Source: Octopus sinensis (Eukaryota). Taken from it: 64,000 nucleotides of DNA. The position numbers and the translations under genes are program-made. The notes under the pieces are model-generated. The model did no database searches and was not told the DNA's origin. It saw only the letters and a program-made list of their open reading frames with translations. The stretch is taken from assembly GCF_006345805.1 (NCBI RefSeq), contig NC_043004.1:105214001-105278000 (forward strand), in the 5' to 3' direction. Every line of letters begins with the position of its first letter. Position 1 is the stretch's first letter. Positions 49,510 through 62,376 of the stretch are shown one piece after another.

Positions 49510-51715
49510 GTCTCCAATTTAGCCACAAGGCCAGTAGTTTTAAAGGGAGTTGATTAAAACCATTCCAATACTTGACTGGTGCTTAATTTTTATTGACCTT
49601 AGAGAGATCAAAAGGCAAAGTTGACCTTGGTAGGATTTGAACTCAGGATGTTAAGAACTGGTATTTTGTCTGATTCTGCTAATTCTCTGACCAAATAATA
49701 AAAATGATTGTTTCTGATATAGCCACTGTGCCTGAACTTCAGTGGAGGAGGTAATTTATTATATTGTCCTTAGTATTTTCCCAGCCCTTGATGGGTGAAA
49801 GACAATGTTGGCTTTAATGGGATTAATGATGGTGGTGGTAGTAGTGGTGGCAACAGCGATGATGATGATATCCCTAAAGATTTGAACAGATGGACAGAGG
49901 AAATAGGCATAAAACTTTGTTTAGTGCAGCTCCAGAAAACTGTATTATTAAGGACAGCGAGGATTCTTATGAAAGTTCTTGGCATCTAAAGTCATTTATT
50001 GTAGCCTAATGTTAGGAATTCTTCTTTCCCAACAGTTCTATCTGTTGTGAATATGTAAAATAATAGTAATGTTTCTAACACAAAACAAAGCCTGAATAAT
50101 AATAAATCCAGTTGTAGTCAACTTTGTCTTTCATCCATTTGGGGTCCATAAAATAATCAAGCGCTGGGGTTGATTTTGATGGTATTGTTTTATGCCCTGC
50201 CCTCAAAATAGCTGGCCTTGTGCCAAAATTATAAAGAATTGTTGTTGTTTCTAATTTAGGTACAAACCCTGCAGTTTTGACGGAAGGTTTTGTAGATACC
50301 TTTGACCCCAGTACTAAACTGGTACTTCATTTTATCAGTTCTGGAAGGGTAAAAGGAAAATTGTCTGTGGCAGGATTTGAATTCAGAATATATAAAGTTA
50401 AAATCTCAATGAGTTTAATTTTGCTTTTCTGATGGTATTGATTACTTCCTCACCCTCATAAAAATTGCTGGCCTTGTACCAAAATTTGAAACAGTTCTTG
50501 TTGTTGGTGTTATTTATTACTGCAGCTTAGCTGAATTGCTGAGTGTAGTATTTCTTCTAACTCTTTATGTTCTGAGTTCAAATCCTGCAAAGGCCAGCAT
50601 TTCCTTGCTCAAACCAAACTCAAAGATGAGCGATATTACTGAAGTAAATCTAATCTCAGAGTGCTAAAAAGTAACTTGCTGGTTTACATTGGTCATGTAT
50701 GTTTTATATATGATTAGTTATAATTACAAACTGAAAAGCCTGAGTTGCTGGTACAATAAAATTAGTCAAGAGTCAGTGGTACCATAAATTGGGGAGTTGG
50801 AGTAACAAATTCTGTGTCACTGGTATTTGATTTCTCTTCACAGGTATCTTTTATCTTTTACTTGTTTCAGTCATTAGACTGTCGTCATTCTGGGGCATCA
50901 CATTGAAGAATTTTTAGTTGAATGAATTGACCCCAGAATATTTTTTTAAAGCCTGATACTTACTCTATTGGTTACTTTCGTCGAACTGCTAAGTTATGGG
51001 GACATAACCACACCAACACTAGTTGTCAAACAGTGGTGGGTGATACACACGTGTGCACACATACACACACACAATGTGCTTTTAGTTTCTGTCTACCAAA
51101 TCCACTCACAAGGCTTTGATCAGCCCAAGGCTACAATAGAAACCACTCGTCCGAAGTGCTATGCTGTGGGACTGAACCTGGGGCCATGCAGTTGGGAAGC
51201 AAACTTACCCCACAACCATTGCCTGCACCTATATACAGATATAGTAACAACAGTAACAAGTTCAATTACACATAACAGATAAGTTCTTGGACCTTTTTCT
51301 TTTTACTTTGCTTTTAATTTCTTCAATGTATTCTTTTCTACTCTAGGCACAAGGCCCGAAATTTTGGGGGAGGGGGCCAGTCGATTAGATCAACTCAGTA
51401 TGCAACTGGTACTTAATTTTATCAACCCCAAAAGGATGAAAGGCAAAGTCGACCTTGGTGGAATTTGAACTTGGAACAAAATACCTATTTCTTTACTACC
51501 CACAAGGGGCTAAACACAGAGAGGACAAACAAATGGATTAAGTCAATTATATCGACCTCAGTGGGTAACTGGTATTTATTTAATCGACCCTGAAAGGATG
51601 AAAGGCGAAGTCGACCTCAGCGGAATTTGAACTCAGAATGCAGTGGCAGACGAAATACTGCTAAGCATTTCACTCGGCGTGCTAACGTTTTTGCCAGCTT
51701 GCCATCTTACTCTTT
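49510..51715. mobile_element. Dense cluster of SINE C fragments plus SINE A (50845-51230, -)
   Basis: At least six recurrences of the aaaggatgaaaggcaaagtcgacc / ggccttgtgccaaaatt modules. Confidence 0.7.
49867..50065 (+). mobile_element. Dong/R4-clade LINE extreme 3' end
   Basis: DIPKDLNRWTEEIGIKLCLVQLQKTVLLRTARILMKVLGI* then a short UTR ending taatagtaat. Confidence 0.8.
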
Positions 51716-51737
51716 CAACGTATTAATTAAACACTGT

Positions 51738-51949
51738 TTAACCCTGCAGTGTTCAGATTACTCTGTCAAATGTAATACCCATTGTTTTGTATTAAATAAG
51801 CATTGTCTTGTTGCTTTGAGATTTCAATGATATGATTGTAAGTTCTTATAATGACATTGTAGAGTAGGTGTAAGAGACCAGATTTTGACAGCTTTAATAT
51901 AAAACAATGTTTAGGCCAAATATTACTGGTTTGAAAGCTAAATTGTTAA
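51738..51949 (+). mobile_element. piggyBac-type MITE, subfamily A
   Basis: ttaaccctgcagtgttcagattactctgtcaaatgtaat ... gctaaattgttaa. Confidence 0.7.
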
Positions 51950-52524
51950 AGTGATTCCCTAGTGAGCCATTTGAAATGTATTTTTTGATAACTTTACACA
52001 AAAGATGCAGCTTTGTTCCAGTGTCTGTTACAGCCTTTTTGATGAAGTATTTTTACATGTTCTTCAATCTGAATTCAGTTTTAATTGTCAAATATGTATA
52101 ATACCTTATACATTACGTCGGTCACACTGACTGAGCTGACTCTAATATAACAGTGGGAATGAGTGACAGAGATGCTAAATGCAGACAAACTGTAATATTT
52201 TGTTGTGAAGTTGCTAATATTTTGATTAAAAAGTAACTAAATTTTTATTGTAAATTATATTTATTTTATCATTTTCATACACATGAAATTAAATATTAAA
52301 CTCTTGTTTAAACATATTTTTCACATAACACCTATAGATTATATATATTTCATTTTTGTCTTTCTTCTTTTTTGGCCCTTTTTCCATGCTTGCCCTTTTT
52401 GAAACTAACCCATATTTCTTTTTCTAAGTAAAGGATAAAACATTCACACACATTGTGGTGAGATAAAAATTGCAGTGAATGTAACACAAAAGGTTACATG
52501 AAATAAAAACTATATTGTGAAGGA

Positions 52525-52825
52525 TTATCTTTTCTTTTATTTGTTTCAGTCATTTGACTGTGGCCATGCTGGAGTACTGCTTTGAATTTTTAGTCGAACA
52601 AATCAAACCCAGGATTTCTTTCTTTTTAAGTCCGGTACTGATTCTATTGGCCTCTTTTTGCTGAACTGCTAAGTTATGGGGACATTAACACACCAACACC
52701 AGTTGTCAGGCAGTGGAAGGGGAGACATACAACAGGCTTCTTTCAGTTTCCATCTACCCAAGGTGCTGTGCAGTGGGACTGATCCTTGACCCATGTGGTT
52801 GGGAAACAAGTTTACCACACAGCCC
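52525..52825 (-). mobile_element. SINE family A with an internal deletion
   Basis: tgtttcagtcatttgactgtggccatgctggag ... tttaccacacagcc. Confidence 0.75.
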
Positions 52826-55276
52826 CATAAAATTCATTAAACATAGTAAATCTGATTTATTTTCAAATTAGTATCCTTGAAAGTGGAAATTTTAAAGCAT
52901 CATATTTTATTTTATATTATTAGTCTTATTTGGTAGTTTTAACTGACACTGACTCCACATCCCAAGGCACTAGGATTGAAACATAAACTGAAGACCACTT
53001 AATTATCTTGTAAAATTATATAATGATGAATGTTTGTGCAGGCTACTTTTAAGAATCTTTACTTAGCTCTGTCTTTATAATTGAAGTGGAAGAGAGACAA
53101 ATCTTCCCTTGGACTGAATGCGGTTCTTATTTTCAGATGATTTGATAGAATGTAATATGTATTGTTCTATACCCGGAATGACAGTGAAATAACGACAGGA
53201 GATTTGAACTCCTGCAAGTATGTAACCCATTCAATATCTTGTCCACTCAGTCACTTCAACCACCTTTGACTGCAAGATTTGCTTCTCTGTTATCTTATCA
53301 GTCAGCTGCCACTTCTTTGTGAACTGTTTCAATATTAACTTGCAATGAGACTGCATCTGGTCCTTTGATTAACCCTGTGTTCAAAACTCCAGTTTAATAG
53401 AAGTTAATGATAAGGTTTTATGTTGTTTGTTTTACATTCTTCATTATTTTCAAACTTAATTGAAATATGCAAGCAACTAATTATGAATAGTATTTGTGAA
53501 ACAACTTATAAAACAGTTATAAGCAACTTCAAAAATTTAGAATATATTTCCACATTGAGATATTTCACCAGTTTATCTGTTAAAATGTATTGTGAGGGGT
53601 GCATGGGAAAATGGTTGATATCACACAGCTATGCCTTTCTCAAAGTCATGGCATTATCAACCAAGAATTGACAATACATTGTTAGATTAGTTCATTGAAG
53701 GTTGCTACAAATGGAATAAATAAAAGATTAAGCTTTGTTTCCATTTTGTTTATAATTGTACAAATGTGTGTTCTCATAGCTAAGTTCATTGATTAAGCAT
53801 CTTGGAAAGAACTATTTCATTCATACATAACATCTGGAAGTGAGGATAAAAGCTCTCCAAAAAACTGAATAAAAAAACTATTGTCTCAGGAAAAATAAAT
53901 TTAAAGTATTTCTTGGTATTCTTCATCAGATTTTTTAATCAATAAAATCCATAGACTTGGTGCTGGGATATTACAATAGATTATTACAGATTAAAGACTG
54001 CTTTTTCTACACAGCATAATGCATTTAAAGTAGGCATTATCATTGATAGTAGTAGTGATGGAGGCAGTAGCAGCAGGGGCTGCAAGCCCTTGCTAATATG
54101 AATGAAGTGGTCACATGATCAGCCACCAAGCCTTCAGTTGTCCCTGTATCTTGTCAATAATTGAATGGTTGAGGCCGTAATAGTCATAATAAAGTCTTCC
54201 TATAGTTTTGTTACATTCACTCAAGACTCTTTAGATGTCATTGTGTGTAGTGGCTGTGTGTATATATCTCTAGTGTATGGTATATATATATATATATATA
54301 TATATCAGATATATATCTGATATATATTTTGCTGGTGTGTATGTTTGTGTGTGTCATGTATGCTTAGTAGGTGATGGATGTTACATGTACTGTTTGGTAG
54401 TTGTAGCCAGGATTAGGAATTGCTAGGCATGTGTATGTTCTTGTGTGTGTGTGTGTGTGTGTGTGTGTATAAGAGAGAGATAGGGGTGGAAGTGACTCAA
54501 TTTTTCTAGCTGAGATAACAAAAAGCTGCCTTGTAAGAAATATGCTGTAGTAAAGACTAACTGGTCATTAGAGACTATTTCAACTAATTACTGGAGATAA
54601 ACATGTGTCTCCATGACAACTATCCATAATTAATTTTACATCAATTACTTTACATCAACCACATTGCCCTTTTTATTATTTATTTTTTTGCTTGTTTTTA
54701 CTTTTGTTATGTGGATGAAGACAGGTACAGCTTTAAGGTGTCTGTATGTGTGGGGTAGGTTAGGTAGGGTTTATTTGGTTTGTCATTGATTCAGGGCCTG
54801 CAGACCATCAACCAGTGCTTATAACAGTGGCTGGAGTTGGTCAAACACATATGATGCTTCCAGTCCACTGATTAAAATACTCTTTATCTCTTGTTCTTCC
54901 TGTAGGCTGCTAGATGATAGGTGGTGGTGGTGGTCATGGTGGTCATTGCCATCCTCCTCATCATGCTGGTCATTGTGGTGCTGAGGATAACTGTGGTGGT
55001 AGTGGAATTGATAGAGATGATGGGCGATTGTGGTGATTGGTCTGGTGAGGGTTGTGGTATTGCTGCTGCTGCTGCCGATAGAAGTGGTGGTGGTGGTGGA
55101 GAGCAATACAAAAGCTGAGACTTGTGGTGTGAGTGCTGAATATAGCTTACAGCTTAAAGATGCAAATGTGATTTGTGTTGACAGATAACAACATCGTGAT
55201 GCACATTGCATGTATGCATGCACACACGATATCTGGATGTAATTTGTATCAACAAATAATAATAATGATAATAATA

Positions 55277-56085
55277 ATCCTTTCTACTATAGGCACAAAG
55301 CCTGAAGTTTTGGAGGACTTGGTAGTCAATGAATAACATTAACCCCAGTGCTCAACTAGCACTTGTTTTATTGACCATGGAAGGAGAAAAGGCAAGGTCT
55401 ACTTTGGCAGAATTTGAACAAAGAACATAAAGAGGGACAGAATGCTATTAAGTATTTTGTCTGGCATGCTAACAGTTCTGCCTGCTCGCCACCTTAGTAA
55501 TGATAATGGTTTCAGATTTTGTCACAAGGGCAGCAATTTTGGTGGAGGGGATGAGTTGATCTCATCATCCCTGGTGTTCAAGTGGTACATTATTTATCGA
55601 CCCTGAAAGGATGAAAGACAAAGCCGACCTCGGCGGAATTTGAACTCTGAATGTAGCGACAGGCAAAATACCGCTAAGCTAATGAATTCTGCCAGCTTGC
55701 TGCCTTCTTAATAATAATAACAATTGCCTTTTATCTTAGGCACGAAGCTAGCAATTTTGAGGTGAAGTAGCTAGTCGAAACCATTGACCTCCAGTACTTG
55801 ACTGGCACTTTATTTATTGATCCCAGAAGGATGAAAGGCAATGCTGATCTTGGCCAGGTTTGAACTTGGAACATAATGATCTGGAATAAATACTGCAAAG
55901 CATTTTGCTGACACTCCAATAATTCCCAATCTACCACTCTTTAATAGCAACAATAATAGTTAATTGATTGCATTGAGATCCCTCTCCCTAATGAACAACT
56001 TTTGTACTTATTTTATTAACCCCAAAAAGATTAGTGGTAAAGTTCACCTTGTTGAAATTTGAACTCAGAATGCAGAGAGCCAGAA
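55277..56085 (-). mobile_element. Head-to-tail array of four SINE C copies separated by TAA-type spacers
   Basis: Copies at ~55277, 55508, 55725 and 55990; spacers taatgataat, aataataataac, aatagcaacaataat. Confidence 0.75.
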
Positions 56086-56454
56086 GAGGTGTTTGCCACA
56101 CTTACTATTAAATTTCACTTTTGACATACAGAGCAGAATTTGTCACTACTTTTACCTAAATTTGCAATAAAGTATATAGATTTTATCCAACTGCTAAGTT
56201 GGGTATTAGCAAATGGAGTATTGTGAACCAAGCATTTTTACCCATGTTATTTATCTTCTTTTGATAGCTTAACCTTATTATAAATTCATATTATTTTCAG
56301 ATAAAAAAAATGTACTTTACTTGAAAGTTCTACATATTGGCAGCTGGTAAAGCATTATCCCTTATTATCGTGTTTCTCATGAAATATAATTAAACAAGTG
56401 CTGCAATGAATTTTGAAAATATTTTAATTATTAAGCTAGTGTTAAGAATATATG

Positions 56455-56682
56455 TTAACCCTTTCAATACCAACTTGACTGAAACCGGCTCTGGCTCTGT
56501 AGTACAAATGCCTTGTTTTCATAAGTTTTGAATTAATCTTCCACCAAACCTTAGTCACAATTTATGTTCCTAACACTAGCTTAATGATAACTATATTATT
56601 TTACTAAATTCTTTGTTATATTTAAAATTAATTGAAAGAAACACAGAGCATCTCAAAATAAATACACTAACAAAAGAAATAA
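56455..56682 (-). mobile_element. piggyBac-type MITE, uninterrupted relative of 37894-39732
   Basis: ttaaccctttcaatacc ...; its reverse complement matches both halves of the split MITE. Confidence 0.85.
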
Positions 56683-56829
56683 TAAAAAGTTCTTAAAGTT
56701 TGTTAGTTTTAATTTAACTCTGAAGACTTTGCAATTAGTTGTCTTGTATTATAAAATTAGAGATAGTTTAAGGCAGAATGTAAATTCAATGTATTTATTC
56801 AAACTAGATGTTAAATTTCCTACATGAAC

Positions 56830-57310
56830 ATTAAGAGTTGGCAATTGATTAGATTGATTCCAGTATACAACAGGTACTTAATTTATTAACCCTAAATGGA
56901 TGAAAGGCAAAGTCAACCTCGACGAAATTTGAACTCAGAACGTGAAGACAGGCGAAATACTGCTAAGCATTTCACCTGGCGTGCTAATGTTTCTGCCAGT
57001 TTGCCACCTTATAAGGTCTCCAATTCAGTCCCACTGTATGGTATTTTGACCAAGTGTCTTCTACTATAGCCTCAGGCAAACCAAAGCCTTGTTAGTGGAT
57101 TTGGCTGATGGCAAATGAAAGAAGTCCGTGTGTGTGTGTGTTGTCTTGTCTTGACATGTGATGATTGTAAATTAGTATCTCCGTCATACAAGCAATGTGG
57201 CTCATTTCCAGTCTGCTGTGAAAAACAGGTCTGGCCATGGGGAAATATTATCCAACCCATGACAGCATGGAAAGCAGGCATAAAATGATCAACGATGATG
57301 ATGATAATGA
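56830..57310. mobile_element. SINE C (-, 56830-57012) followed by a SINE with an A-type head and (GAT)n tail (+)
   Basis: aaggcaaagtcaacctcgacgaaatttgaactcagaacg; cccactgtatggtattttgaccaagtgtcttc ... aacgatgatgatg. Confidence 0.65.
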
Positions 57311-57654
57311 CAACAACTAAGAGTCATATCAATATACATTTATTATTCCTGTAAAGTTAGGCTCCATGAAGTCCTTTTCGACAGCTTAGGATTATCGAGT
57401 TTGTTGCTTTTTAATATTCCATCATGATTCAGTTACCGTTCTCTCACAAGACACCAAATGATAGTGGCAGCAGCAAGCTACTTATGAAAATGCAAACAAG
57501 ATTATACTGATTGAATGGACAACTCTCAAGTTTCCAGGATTCCTCATTTCCATTAACTGATTCTGTGGTTCATATATCATTCATTACTAGTTTGTATTAC
57601 ACCTTCGGGCAGCACATTCCATATATATGTCTCTCTGTATGATGTTACTTTATC

Positions 57655-58145
57655 ATATTTCTATTGAAATATGCTGCCTTTCTTTCAATTAATTTTGAAA
57701 ATGAAGAATTAAGCAAAATAACTTTGTCCTTATTAAGCTGGTATTTGGAATATAAATTAATATGAAGTTTTGATAAATAGTTTTAATCCATTAGTGTTTA
57801 AACTGGCCATATCCAGCCAAAATATTCTACTTGGATTTATTGTTCATACTGGCCAAATCTGGCATCTGACATCTACCCTGCAATATCATTCTAAAAATAA
57901 ACAATCACATCATCGAAATCTCAAAGCTATGAGATAATGCATAATCGATTCAAAATAGTGTGAGTAAATAAACATTACAGTTGAAAGGGTAATCTGAATG
58001 CTAAAGAGTTAACTTAACAGGAAGCTGGCATCATCGAGTCCTGGACTGTCTTGAACAGGTTGGTTGCATAGAACCATGGGTTGTCTCAAGTGGGCTGGTA
58101 CACAGAACCTTGGATGGTCTTAAGTGGGTTGTTATCAAAAACTTT
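57655..58145. mobile_element. MITE B containing an inverted MITE A (57783-58012) and a triplicated ~34-bp subterminal unit
   Basis: TTAA at 57783-57786 and 58009-58012; units cat/cac-agaacc..gg..gtct..agtggg.tg. Confidence 0.65.
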
Positions 58146-59700
58146 CAGAATTCAGGATGTGATGTAAGAATAATTTGTAGACCTAGTCAACTCATTCTTT
58201 TCAAGAAAATATGTAGAATGATTTAAATGAAGAAGGTCTTTTTTTCTCTGATTATTAAATGTTGTTCAGTGTTTTGGAATTTCGTTTCTAGTATATGATA
58301 TATTTCTTCCTTGTTTTATTCCATATTATCAAGAAAATAATTTATAAATTGTTGGTGCATGAAAAATGTGTAAAATTTTGCTAGATTAATTGTCTTCTAT
58401 ATTTTCAATTTTTTTTTCTTTCCCAATCTATCACAGAAGAACAGGGCTCTGGGAATTGGTATGCTCAGTAATGTGTTAAAGAACTATTAATGCTGTTGAT
58501 GTGAGGGAAAAAAGGTTTCCAGGAATAGAAACAAACCATTAATAAAAAAAAAAGCAAATAAAGTAAAAATAAATAAACAAATAAACTATGCACCATTAAT
58601 TTAATATTTGTAGTTGTTGTTTATTCATAAAATGGTTATTATTTGAGGAATTGGTGCAGTATGATTCTTTCAGTGTTTAAGCCACAAAACCTCACGGCCG
58701 ATCTGATACAAGCAAAATTTCTCTTAATTTAATCAAAGTAATATTCTAAAACCTCAGAGGAATGTGCTGAACATGCTTTGCTCAGGAATAATTCCCCAGC
58801 ACCTAATTAGCATTGCAATAATGTATCTGATCAGTCTGCTTTGTCATTAGTCATCAGAAGAAAGTGCATTTGGGTAAAGGAAGCTGAGTAAAAGACAGGG
58901 AATCAGACACAGTAAGAGAGAGAGAGAGATGTATCTCTTTCCTCTCCACATCATTTAACTCATTGTTTATTTCTTTCTTCTTTTCTCTCTTTAGCTTATT
59001 TATTCCTCAGCCGCTATGGGATACAGTGAATCTCTTGAGGGAGAAAACAAAAAAAGCAAAAAACCCCTCCAAAGCCTGTGCTAAGTTAGAAATCATCATT
59101 ATCATTATTATTATTATTTGTGTTTATATTAGAAATTATTATCGTTCTTATTGAGTTTGAAACAAAACAAAAGCAAGTGAAAGGGAAATAGATATTATAT
59201 TCTTCCTCTAATTGAAAACCCAAGTATCTTTCAAAGCTCTGTGCCTCCCTACACCAGCTCACTACATCCCACCCCTCCCAATCCCAAAATCAATATCTGC
59301 TCCCTTGGACTTGTCATATTCCTCAAGCTGGGACTGCCATTTGAACTTATGGTGAAGTTAAGGAATTCCGCATCAAAACCGCCCACATCTAAAAGTCTTT
59401 TACTCACTCTATTGGAATGCTTAGAATTGCTTTCTGAACTTTTCATTACCTGCCATACTCTCTAATCAACTGTAACTATTTTTTTTCTCCTCTTTTTTTC
59501 CCCCTTCAGCAACAAAACAACTGTTTCTTTCTATCTCCCTCATTCATGTGAGTTCAAGTTAAAGAATTCTATTTTACTATGGCCTTTCCGTTGAAAAAAA
59601 AAAGATCCATCAGAAGAAAGATAAAAATATCATTGATATTTGATGTCTACTTAAATTAGAATTCACACACACACACACACACACATATGTATGTGTATGT

Positions 59701-59759
<59 letters not shown>

Positions 59760-60353
59760 CTTTTTTTTTTTTTTATATTCTGCATAAGCGAATTCTTTAA
59801 GAAAATAATGAAACATTGCCTTTGGGAATAACTGTCAACTGATTTCAGCTCTGCCATCTCCCAAGTTCCCTTATTTAATTTCCTGTTGTATCCCTATTTT
59901 CAGAGGCCGGCAAATACTGACTGCTGAAACTTTACAAATGTCCTTCATCTGAGCAGCTGTGGAATTGTGCTTCTGTAAGTATAAACAATACATTGCTTCA
60001 CTCTAGTGATTATTATTATTATTATTATTATTATTAATTCTACATTGTATTTTTTATCATTTCTGGTAATATCAATGTATGAACATAGATAACTCCCTCC
60101 CCAATACCACACACAAATACATGCATAAGCATATCCTTGACATCCATATGAAATGGTTTGAATGAAAGCAATACTCCTGTATTTACAAAAAAAAAAAAAA
60201 AAGAAATGTAAAATGTTACCCAATGGGAAATGAATTCCTTTGAACATTTTTGTTCTGGGATTGCTTGTAATATAAAATTTGATTGTTTCCATAGCTCTTA
60301 AGATAATTTACAGGGTGCTATTTAAGGCCTGTCTTTGATACTAACACTTTCAG

Positions 60354-60417
60354 AAGTAGCGATCACCTTTGAGTAGCCTCATGGAAGATTTGAGTACAGT
60401 ACTGGACTGGATTGCAA
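60354..60417 (+). other. Candidate exon, possibly 5' UTR plus start codon (MEDLSTVLDWIA)
   Basis: TACTAAC branch-point consensus at 60339-60345, ctttcag acceptor, AA|gtaaat donor; all frames closed before the ATG at 60381. Confidence 0.2.
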
Positions 60418-60735
60418 GTAAATAATGCTCTTGATTGTCTGTTCTACAATGAATTATACCTCTTTCTGGCATCTGTAGCAATACATTACTACAGAATGGA
60501 ATTGTCTTTGCCAAGAATTCAGTGATGGAATATACGAATCACTGATCTTCTCTCTAATAGCATGGTGCTTTTACAGCTAGTTATTGATTATTGATGCTAA
60601 GGATTCATATATGGACAAATTTTTCTGATCACACTAATCCTGTTTAGTTTTCATACATTAATATATCTCAGTTCAGTCACTATAGCAACATATATATATA
60701 TATGTATATAGGTGTATGTTTACTCACACACACAC

Positions 60736-60780
<45 letters not shown>

Positions 60781-61060
60781 TATACTACTAAGTAATGGAG
60801 CCAGAAGGGAGAAATAATTTGTGGTGTAAAGGAGTATGCATTGTTTTACTTGGTTCACTCTTGAAGTTGTTAACTGGAGGAATACAGAGCAGAGGTTGAG
60901 TCTTTCTAAAGTGCTTGAATAGTAAAGCAAGAGCAATTATTTTTAATGAGATTTACAAAGGTGTAACTTTATAATTTTGTCTTATCAGAGTAGTTTATCG
61001 CATATATTACGGAAGCTGACCTTTGAGCTTATTCATAAAAAATGAATAATGCTGACATAT

Positions 61061-61104
<44 letters not shown>

Positions 61105-61707
61105 GTCTTGAAATGTGTATAGAACAATATATTGGTTGTAAAAATAAAGTTAGTCTGAAGAAATGAAAGAATTATTCCTTAGTTATAAAGTGCTGGAAAG
61201 TTTTCAAATTTTCCAAGGAAATGAAATGGAATAAAATAATTAATTCATTACATTTAAGAATATTTCATTTAGCACTTAAATGTAGTGGCACAAGTATTCT
61301 CAAGTTGTTGACAAAATAAAATCTTAAATGTAATAATGTATTTTACTTTATTTTATATTACTTAATTTTTTTGGAAAATTTGAAGTCTTTTATATAGCTG
61401 TATATAATATAAATTGAGGAAAGATTCAGGAAATCTGTAGAATTTGAACTCAGAACACAAAGACAGATGAAATGCCACAAAGCACTTTGGCCATTGTGCT
61501 AATGATTTAACTGCCTTTATCACAGATGAGAATACTGAAAAGAAATTGCATCGCTGTATAACTATGCAAAAACATATTTCTGCTGTATTTTGTTTCCATG
61601 GAACTTATCTGGGTTTTTCCACTCAATTTGTGGCTCATGTAAGCAACCAATTCTACCTCAAATCACATTCTACTATTTAAAAAGTAAAATGAAGGATACA
61701 TTGTTAT

Positions 61708-62376
61708 GTGCTGGTTATTGCGTGGCAACCACACAATTGAGTGTTATATATGGACAGGGATACATATATATATATATACATATGTATGTATGTATGTATA
61801 TGATCTTAACTGCTAGCAAGGACACAGTATTTTATTTCATAACCATAATATTATTAGCCATTGAGCATTGAAAGCAACCATATCTGGCCAAAATATTCTT
61901 GTTTTATGCTCAAACCAGCAAGATATGGCTTTTTACTAAGTCACTCTACGAAGTCGTTCTAAAAATAAACAATAACATCATCAAAATCTTGAAACTACAA
62001 GATAATGTATGATTAATTCAAAACAATGTAAATGAATAAGTATTACATTTGAAGGCACATGGCTCAATGGTTAGAACGTTGGGACCACAATTATGAGGTA
62101 GTGAGTTCAATTGCCACACTGATTTGTGTGCTGTGTTCTTGAGCAAGACACTTCATTTCACGTTGCTCTGGTTTGAGCATAAAACAAGAATATTTTGGCC
62201 AGATATGGTTGCTTTCAATGCTCAATGGCTAATAATATTATGGTTATGAAATAAAATACTGTGTCCTTGCTAGCAGTTAAGATCATATACATACATACAT
62301 ACATATGTATATATATATATGTATCCCTGTCCATATATAACACTCAATTGTGTGGTTGCCACGCAATAACCAGCAC
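61708..62376. repeat. Near-perfect inverted duplication (arms 61708-61918 and 62168-62376)
   Basis: Arms identical by eye except one TA unit; the spacer holds a truncated MITE A and a SINE D head (62054-62167). Confidence 0.92.

Noticed and set aside
54299-54326. Perfect palindrome tatatatcagatatatatctgatatata; near-palindrome at 13876-13897
   Set aside because: Small and largely explained by (TA)n self-complementarity or chance; too short for a pre-miRNA.
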